Of a stretch of DNA of 64,000 nucleotides, positions 57,786 to 64,000 are shown one piece after another (positions within the stretch are counted from its first letter, which is position 1; every line of letters starts with the position of its first letter). Source of the DNA: Syntrophobacterales bacterium (lineage in GTDB: Bacteria > Desulfobacterota > Syntrophobacteria > BM002). The position numbers and the translations under genes were made by a program. The stretch lies in the NCBI GenBank assembly GCA_050124835.1, contig JASFEM010000006.1, positions 6,110 through 70,109 on the forward strand. Direction: 5' to 3'. The notes beneath the pieces are model-generated. The model made no database searches and was not told the origin of the DNA. It saw only the letters and a list, made by a program, of their open reading frames with translations.

Positions 57786-58640
57786 TTATTTCAACCCCAA
57801 CCAAACATAGTCGGCTTCATTGAGTGTTGTGTGTTTTCGGTCCACTCTACCACTAATCTCAGGAAGAATTACTTTCAGCGGAACATCGGCTCTACTACTT
57901 ACCTGTGCCGGTATGCCTCGCTTCCAGGAATGGCCGCTGCCGGCGATGACCACCACTGAGGCGTCCGGGTTCTTCTCAAGGAAGCCAAGTAGACTCCAGG
58001 CCATGGCCGTGTCCCAGACCAATTGGGCTTCGCAAAACCGGGTAAAATTCAAACCCCCGTGCCCGTGCATTGCCAGAGACCGCCGAATGAAGGCCATATA
58101 TTCGGGATCGACCCGGCAGGATACCATGGGAAGGTCGCCACGTTGTTCCGGGGTGAGAGAATCGAAACCCTCACGGGCAACCTGTTTGGTTACCTCTGGT
58201 GGTACGTTGAGGCCAACCAGGGGGATCTTATGCTCTCTGGCATATAAGAATATGTCTTTGTACAAGGGCCAGGGATAATTCCAGTTCTTGTAATAGATCT
58301 TCTCAAATTCTTTCTCGCTCAAATCCCCCTTAACCCATCGGTCGAGATCCGGCTGACTGTCGCGTCTGAACATCTCGAGGCCGATTGCCACTGATACATC
58401 GGCTTGTTTTAAGGCGCGAATCGTTTCAAGCTGAGCATGGTGATGGCTTTGATAGGTGTGAAATTCCCCAACGAAAACCAGTCGGGCTTGAATCAGATCT
58501 TCAACTATTTCAGGGAGGGATAACACCTTGCCGTCGGCCACCCGGAGGATGCGCTCGCTGACTGAGCCGTGGCTACAAAAGAAAAGCAAGAGAGCCAGAG
58601 GTAATGATAGGATTATGGGAAGAGGAAAGCGTTTCATCAA
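57786..58640 (-). CDS. ChaN-family (DUF399) lipoprotein
   Basis: VFVGEFH, IGLEMF...Q..LD.W, PLVGLNVP, AQLVWDTAMA, IAGSGH. Confidence 0.82.
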   Translation of the reverse strand: MMKRFPLPIILSLPLALLLFFCSHGSVSERILRVADGKVLSLPEIVEDLIQARLVFVGEFHTYQSHHHAQLETIRALKQADVSVAIGLEMFRRDSQPDLDRWVKGDLSEKEFEKIYYKNWNYPWPLYKDIFLYAREHKIPLVGLNVPPEVTKQVAREGFDSLTPEQRGDLPMVSCRVDPEYMAFIRRSLAMHGHGGLNFTRFCEAQLVWDTAMAWSLLGFLEKNPDASVVVIAGSGHSWKRGIPAQVSSRADVPLKVILPEISGRVDRKHTTLNEADYVWLGLK

Positions 58641-58649
58641 AAGTCACCA

Positions 58650-59555
58650 TCAGCGGATCTGGTCGAGAAGGCTTTTTATCTCCTTCCCTTTCTTGAGTCC
58701 GTTGACCCACTCCTCAGGTAAGTGCTCCGCTCCCAGATGTGCACCGAGAACCATACCGACAGCCATGGCCCGGGCAGCATTGTCGCCGCCGCCCATGACA
58801 GCCTGAATCAGAGCTTCCCTGAGATCGTCTTCATACTTCGTAATAAGATGGATCACTCCTGGAAAAGCATCTGATGTGTGACAGGATTGTCCCAGGCGAC
58901 CAATGGCAGCCACACTGTCCATGGATCTTGATTCCAAGCCCTCCTGCACCCACTCGTCTATAATGGTGTCTTGAAACATCTCTTGAACAACTTCAGTCAC
59001 GGCTGTGGAGGGAGGTGTTCCCCTCAGACCCTTCCAGGCCACTCTGGCAAAGAACTCTGCGCTCCTTACGGTCAATGGATTGGTATGGGTCATCCTGGTT
59101 TGGACTTTTGCAGCCTCAACCAGACCATCCAGGTCATCCCGGAGACAAAAAACCAGGGGAGCGATGCGGGAGACGCCAGCCAAATTGCTGCTTGGTGAGC
59201 CTGAATCTTCCGGACCCTTTCCTTTCGAAAAATTTCGGAGGGTCCCTTTGGTGGCACCATCATAGTATCCATTATAGTCTTTAAAGAGACTCTGCCAGCG
59301 CTCCGCAAAATCTTTCAGGTCGAAGCCATTTGTTGCAGCCACAGACTCCAGGAGCACAAGTTCCTGATCGCCGTAGTGGGTCAATTCCCCCATGTCTTTG
59401 GTGGGGTGGTAGGAATCTTTTTTTGGCTTTATAAAGGTTTCCACTTGGCCATATTCACCGGAAATTTTCGAGGCATCATAGATCCAATGCACGCCAAGTG
59501 CGAGAGAGTCCCCCACAAATGAGGCCAGGACCATGGTTTTAGCTTTATCCAACAT
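58650..59555 (-). CDS. ADP-ribosylglycohydrolase family protein
   Basis: GDSLALGVHW, THYGDQ, SRIAPL, THTNP, GGDNAAR; start refined to ATG 59555. Confidence 0.85.
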   Translation of the reverse strand: MLDKAKTMVLASFVGDSLALGVHWIYDASKISGEYGQVETFIKPKKDSYHPTKDMGELTHYGDQELVLLESVAATNGFDLKDFAERWQSLFKDYNGYYDGATKGTLRNFSKGKGPEDSGSPSSNLAGVSRIAPLVFCLRDDLDGLVEAAKVQTRMTHTNPLTVRSAEFFARVAWKGLRGTPPSTAVTEVVQEMFQDTIIDEWVQEGLESRSMDSVAAIGRLGQSCHTSDAFPGVIHLITKYEDDLREALIQAVMGGGDNAARAMAVGMVLGAHLGAEHLPEEWVNGLKKGKEIKSLLDQIR

Positions 59556-59793
59556 ATATAATCCTCTATTTTTTTGCATTTCCATATAAAACGAACTTCC
59601 CGGCAAAGCTCTCACAACCTGGAACCAAGCTCTGGGAAGCGTTAGCAGTCCTAATTTTTTTCGTTTATTGAAAGTCAGATACCAGAGATGGGCAATAGGT
59701 CACAGACACTACATGGTTCAGCGAAGTCTGGTTGAGCAATTGCTTTCTACCTGCGCCTAGTGCCTAGTGTTTAGTGCCTAGTGCACACAGTAC

Positions 59794-60972
59794 TCAGCGG
59801 TCTTCCATGGGCACAAACTCGCAGACCTCGGGACCGCAGTAGTCTCCAACATAGTCCGATTCGGGGCGGTAGAGCATTGGCTTTGGCGCCGCTTCAGCAA
59901 ACTGCTCCTCTATTATATGGGCCGTCCAGCCGGCGATCCTGGCGATGGCGAAGATGGGAGTAAACTGATCCATGGGGATACCCATCATGTAGTAAAGCGA
60001 GGCGCTGTAGAAATCCACGTTGGTATAAATGTCCCTATTTTTGCGCTTCTTAAACTCCTCCTTGGCTACTTTTTCGAGGAGCGCCGACATCTCGTACCAT
60101 TTCGATTCTCCAAACCTTTCACCCACGGTCTTGGACATGGGAGCCAGTATCAACGCCCGGGGATCATCTACCTTGTACACCGCATGCCCCAAGCCCATAA
60201 TCCTCTGGCCCGCATCAAACTGTTCCTTGACGTAGCTTTCTACTTTTTCGGGTGAGCCGATATCCATGAGCATTTCCATCACCCGGGTGTTGGCACCTCC
60301 GTGCAGTTCACCCGAAAGGGAACCCACAGCACCCGCTACCGCGGCATACATGTGTGCCCGGGTAGAAGCAATTTCTCGAGCAGCAAAGGTGGAGGCGTTG
60401 AATCCATGCTCGGCGTGCATGACCAAGGCAGCGTCGAAGAAGCCGGCTATATCTTCGTCAGGTACTTCACCTTTCATCATGTAAAGGAAGTTTGCGGCAT
60501 GACTTAGATTGGGATCGGGGTCGATGGGTTCCTGGCCATTACGGATACGTTCCCAGGCGGCGACAACGGTGGCAAATTTGGCTATCAATCGAATTGCTTT
60601 ACGGTGACTGGCTTCTCTGGAAGGATCTTCAACTTCGGGATCATGATGGGCGAGCATGGACGCACTGGCCTGCAAGATATCCATGGGCAAAGCACTGTTT
60701 GGCCTTGTTTTGAGAGCAGCAATTAGCTCGGCAGGTACTGCTCGCTCTGCCGCGAGTTGGGCCGAGAACGCTTTGTTTTGGTCCCGAGTCGGTAAAATCT
60801 CATTGAGTAAGAGATGAACAACTTCCTCAAACGAAGCTTTACCGGCCAAGTCTTTAATCAAATAACCTCTGTAAACCAATCTGCCTGCAGAACCATCTAC
60901 ATCACCGATATTGGTGCTGGCCACAACGACGCCGCGAAGGCCGATATTCTTAAACTCCATTCCCGTCTCCAT
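59794..60972 (-). CDS. Citrate synthase (citrate/2-methylcitrate synthase family)
   Basis: GLRGVV, GRLVYRGY, HAEHGFNASTF, LHGGAN, MGLGHAVYK..DPR, NVDFYS, IFAIARIAGW; start refined to ATG 60972. Confidence 0.93.
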   Translation of the reverse strand: METGMEFKNIGLRGVVVASTNIGDVDGSAGRLVYRGYLIKDLAGKASFEEVVHLLLNEILPTRDQNKAFSAQLAAERAVPAELIAALKTRPNSALPMDILQASASMLAHHDPEVEDPSREASHRKAIRLIAKFATVVAAWERIRNGQEPIDPDPNLSHAANFLYMMKGEVPDEDIAGFFDAALVMHAEHGFNASTFAAREIASTRAHMYAAVAGAVGSLSGELHGGANTRVMEMLMDIGSPEKVESYVKEQFDAGQRIMGLGHAVYKVDDPRALILAPMSKTVGERFGESKWYEMSALLEKVAKEEFKKRKNRDIYTNVDFYSASLYYMMGIPMDQFTPIFAIARIAGWTAHIIEEQFAEAAPKPMLYRPESDYVGDYCGPEVCEFVPMEDR

Positions 60973-61067
60973 AATCGTCTCCTTCTCACCCTCCCCAGTC
61001 CATTCCCCCAATGGACCAGCTTTTGTTCTAAATCAATACAAAATACTAGATTAGAATTATTTTAAGA

Positions 61068-61096
61068 ATTCTAAACATCAAATTATAGCTTGTCAA
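61068..61096 (-). promoter_or_regulatory. Near-consensus sigma70 promoter for citrate synthase
   Basis: TTGACA (61091-96) N17 TAGAAT (61068-73) on the minus strand. Confidence 0.75.
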
Positions 61097-61118
61097 AAAG
61101 GTAAGGGGTAGGGAAGGA

Positions 61119-61290
61119 AATGCCTAAAATGCCTAAAGTGAGCTAAATTGTCTAAAATGCCTAAAGCACAAAAGATGTGTGATGTGGGATAAAGCCCTGT
61201 TTCCGTAGCATCTCACATCTCATATCTCACATCCGCAATCCGCAATCCGCAATCGTCAATGCCCCATGCTCTTTACCCTATGCCCAATGG
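61119..61290. repeat. Composite cassette: 9/10-mer CTAAA array, CACATCT array, TCCGCAA array
   Basis: atgcctaaaatgcctaaagtgagctaaattgtctaaaatgcctaaag; tctcacatctcatatctcac; atccgcaatccgcaatccgcaat. Confidence 0.85.
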
Positions 61291-61307
61291 ACAACTGACG
61301 GAGCAGG

Positions 61308-63785
61308 TTAGTCCTTTTTAAGGAGCAAGAGCGTATTGCCAATTACGCTCAAACTGCTCAATAACATGGCAGAGACTGCGATAAGGGGCGTTAGCAGTCC
61401 GCTCATGGCGATGGGGATACTGACGAGGTTGTAGATGAAAGAGCAGCCAAGGTTTTGGTGAACCTTTGTTTTAACCTTTCCAGCCAGTTCGATGAAATCA
61501 CATATTTGCAGAGGGTCCCCCCGCATTAGGGTCAGGTCTGCCGCCTCTCTGCCCAGATGGCTGCCGGAATGGACCGCGATGGCCAAGTCAGCCTGGACAA
61601 GGGCGGGAGCATCGTTGATGCCGTCGCCCACCATGGCCACCCGAAGCCCTTGATTTTGCAGCGCAGAAATGTAGATTGCCTTCTCTTGGGGCAGTCTCCC
61701 TCCCAGTGCGTCCTGGATTCCCACTTCACGGGCAATTGTTTTGGTGGTCAAGTCGTCGTCTCCGGAAATCAGGGCAACCTGGTATTCGGCTTCCCGTAAG
61801 CACTTAACCGCCTGGGTAGCGGTGGATTTTAGCTCGTCACCAAATATAAAAACACCACAGAGCTTATCTGCAAAGCTCATAAAAACCAGGGAGTGTTCAG
61901 GCTTATTTTCGGGCAGCGGAAGATCAGGGGTGGTCTCAATTTCATCGGCGAGAAATCCTCTAGATCCTATTTTAACCTTCTCTCCATCGAAGACCGCTGA
62001 TATGCCATTTTCAAAGACCTCCCGTTCTTGCAGGGTCGCCAGCTCGGCTTGGTGTTTTGCTGCTTTCCTGGTGATCTCAGCAGCAATAAGATGATCAGAC
62101 TCCTTTTCCAGTGCTGCGGCTAACCCGAGGATCTTTTCTGTGGAAAAAGGTCCAACCGGAACAACCTCAAGTAATGACCATTGTCCCTTGGTCACAGTCC
62201 CGGTTTTGTCGAGAACGAAGGAATTCACTCGGTCTGCCTGTTCGAAGGAGGTGAAGTCTCGGACCAAAATCCCTTTCCTGCCTGCCAGAGATATGCCCGC
62301 TACTCGGGCCATGGGGATTGCAATGCCAAGAGTGCAAGGGCAGGAAATGACTGTGACCGTCACCGCCCGGATCAGTGCCTTCTCGAAAGTGAGCCCGAAA
62401 AGCAGGCAGACTAGGCCGGTTCCTGCTGCCAGGGTCAGGACGACTGGCACAAACCACTGCAAGGCACGCTCCGCCTTGCCCTCGAAGGGTGTTTTTTTGC
62501 CCAGGGCCTGCTCCATGATGGCAATCATCTGCCCAACAATTGAGTCCTCACCCACCCCCTCAGCTTTGATGGTAAGCATCCCTTGAATAACCCTGCTGCC
62601 GCTCTTGATTCGATCTCCAGTTTTTTTCTTAATGGGCAAAGGTTCACCTGTAAGGGACGACTCATCCAAAATTCCCTCCCCTCCCACTACGAGGCCGTCT
62701 GCCGGGAGTATCTCTTTTTCTTCCACCTTAAAGGTATCGCCTCTGCGCAACTGCTGTGCCTCTACATAGCGACCCTGTGGGAACTGCTCAGAGCAGATCT
62801 TTACTTTAGTAGGGCGGAGAGAGAAAAAATTTGCCAGGTCCTCTTGGACTTCATCTTTGGCCCTTCTCTCCAGCAGTTTACCCAGAAGGACCAGGGTGAT
62901 GAGCATGGAGGCGGTGTCAAAATATAGGTGAATACTCGCGCTCAGCAGTCCGTAGATGCTGTAGAAATAAGCACTAAATGCGCCCACCGTTATGAGCGCT
63001 TCCATGCTGAAGGCGGCAGCGGAAATTCCGGCCCAGGCGCGGCGATAGATGTTGCTACCACCGTAAAAGAGAACCACGCTGGCCATGACAAATATGGGCG
63101 AGGAAAGCTTGTAGACATTGTCCCTGCTCAGTTCAGTGAAGAACCCCGAATATAGAGCAAATGACAGCATCATAACATTCATGGTGAGGAATGCTGAAAC
63201 GATAAAGCGGACGAGTTCAGCCTTTCGCTCTTTAGCTTCTCTCCCTTCACCAGGCAAGGAGGCTTCGTAACCAAGTTCCTTTATTGAGGCAATGATCTTT
63301 TGAGGAGAAGTGATAACCGGATTGTAATCGGTCCTCACCCTGTCGGTGGCAAAATTGCAGGAAGCTGAACCAATTCCAGGACTTCTTCTAAGAGTTTCTT
63401 CAATAACCCAGGCGCAGGCGGGACACCACATTTGGTGGACATGAAGGTTTAAACTCAGATTGGTCCCGCTGTGAGAAGCTTCAAGATCTGGTGGCTCTTC
63501 TCCCTCACCAGCAGGAACAGTAACAGCCGGTTCTTGGCCTCCGGCTCTTTCTGCCAACTCGGCCTCAGACCTCGGGATTATGCCAATCTCCTGGCACTTT
63601 CTGAAGAGTTCAGTCTGCCGAAATGATTCAGGATCGGGCGATTCGGTCGCCTCCATCAGCATGTGGAACACCTGCTTACATCCCTGGCAACAGAAGTGGA
63701 AGGTCTTTTCCGAAAAGCTTGAGGTGAACTGTTGATAGCGGAGAGGGAGGCTGCAGAGATCGCAGCGATCTGAGGCAGGATTCAT
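61308..63785 (-). CDS. P1B heavy-metal ATPase, FixI/CcoI-like (Cu)
   Basis: N-terminal CDLC...FCCQGC, HMA CPAC, TGE, CPC, DKTGT, GDGINDAPAL. Confidence 0.9.
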   Translation of the reverse strand: MNPASDRCDLCSLPLRYQQFTSSFSEKTFHFCCQGCKQVFHMLMEATESPDPESFRQTELFRKCQEIGIIPRSEAELAERAGGQEPAVTVPAGEGEEPPDLEASHSGTNLSLNLHVHQMWCPACAWVIEETLRRSPGIGSASCNFATDRVRTDYNPVITSPQKIIASIKELGYEASLPGEGREAKERKAELVRFIVSAFLTMNVMMLSFALYSGFFTELSRDNVYKLSSPIFVMASVVLFYGGSNIYRRAWAGISAAAFSMEALITVGAFSAYFYSIYGLLSASIHLYFDTASMLITLVLLGKLLERRAKDEVQEDLANFFSLRPTKVKICSEQFPQGRYVEAQQLRRGDTFKVEEKEILPADGLVVGGEGILDESSLTGEPLPIKKKTGDRIKSGSRVIQGMLTIKAEGVGEDSIVGQMIAIMEQALGKKTPFEGKAERALQWFVPVVLTLAAGTGLVCLLFGLTFEKALIRAVTVTVISCPCTLGIAIPMARVAGISLAGRKGILVRDFTSFEQADRVNSFVLDKTGTVTKGQWSLLEVVPVGPFSTEKILGLAAALEKESDHLIAAEITRKAAKHQAELATLQEREVFENGISAVFDGEKVKIGSRGFLADEIETTPDLPLPENKPEHSLVFMSFADKLCGVFIFGDELKSTATQAVKCLREAEYQVALISGDDDLTTKTIAREVGIQDALGGRLPQEKAIYISALQNQGLRVAMVGDGINDAPALVQADLAIAVHSGSHLGREAADLTLMRGDPLQICDFIELAGKVKTKVHQNLGCSFIYNLVSIPIAMSGLLTPLIAVSAMLLSSLSVIGNTLLLLKKD

Positions 63786-63786
63786 T

Positions 63787-64000
63787 TTACTTACGGACGC
63801 CGAGAGACTTAACGAAGGCCACTACGCGCCAGCGGTCTTCGACAGTTATGATGAAATGCAACGCTGGTTGGCGGCCATTCGGGATGCCGTAACTAACCGT
63901 TTTAAAAAGCTTACCCTCATTTTCGCTCTGAACTTTTGCGCTGCGCAAATCCGTCGGCAGCGGTTCGAAACTCTGTCCAACGGTACCTCGGCCGTTGTAA
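63787..64000 (-). CDS. C-terminal part of a c-type cytochrome-like protein (runs off window edge)
   Basis: Manual translation YNGRGTVGQSFEPLPTDLRSAKVQSENEGKLFKTVSYGIPNGRQPAL...DRWRVVAFVKSLGVRK*; stop 1 nt before the ATPase ATG. A CxxCH motif is not visible in the window. Confidence 0.55.
   Translation of the reverse strand, partial: YNGRGTVGQSFEPLPTDLRSAKVQSENEGKLFKTVSYGIPNGRQPALHFIITVEDRWRVVAFVKSLGVRK

Noticed and set aside
108-63155. Many short ORF-track entries antisense to or nested in housekeeping genes (e.g. 680-1159, 17677-18066, 48081-48809, 54315-55109)
   Set aside because: Shadow ORFs of well-supported genes on the opposite strand or another frame, with no motifs.
1-64000. tRNA, rRNA, riboswitch, integrase or transposase
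   Set aside because: No recognisable instance by eye; a covariance-model scan (tRNAscan-SE, Infernal/Rfam) would be needed to exclude small RNAs.

Overview
Window from a bacterium with a deltaproteobacterial (Desulfobacterota-like) gene complement; no rRNA, tRNA, CRISPR array or transposase was recognised. From left to right: a minus-strand dcw cluster (ftsA partial, ftsQ, murB, murC, ftsW, murD, murF, murE, ftsI, ftsL, rsmH, mraZ) that lacks mraY, murG and ddl at their usual positions; mltG, a RimK-like ligase, ald and a DUF2156 gene; ClC-CBS channel, ahbB-like, hemL, the Fo-only atp block (atpZ/I/B/E) and rex; an S1 protease, vWA-OmpA, a shortened uvrA and pdxA; then an accessory-looking stretch (GNAT, RraA, nhaA, azoreductase, YtkA/FixH-like + DsbD_2, TPR-PilZ-FHA, MarR-FadL-DsrE2, MscS, fabV, recD2, methyltransferase, DAACS-SBP fusion, MBL hydrolase, HAD, ChaN, ADP-ribosylglycohydrolase, citrate synthase, FixI-type Cu ATPase, partial cytochrome c). 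The most striking unexplained signal is non-coding: about 20 intergenic gaps hold degenerate 7-, 8- or 9/10-nt tandem arrays. These occur as inverted pairs around ~95-bp cores or strung into modular cassettes with conserved linkers, and two cassettes 20 kb apart share 71/73 nt. Such arrays sit where mraY and murG are missing and at the ends of a candidate ~22.5-kb inversion. Product calls come from motif recognition by eye, not from database searches.
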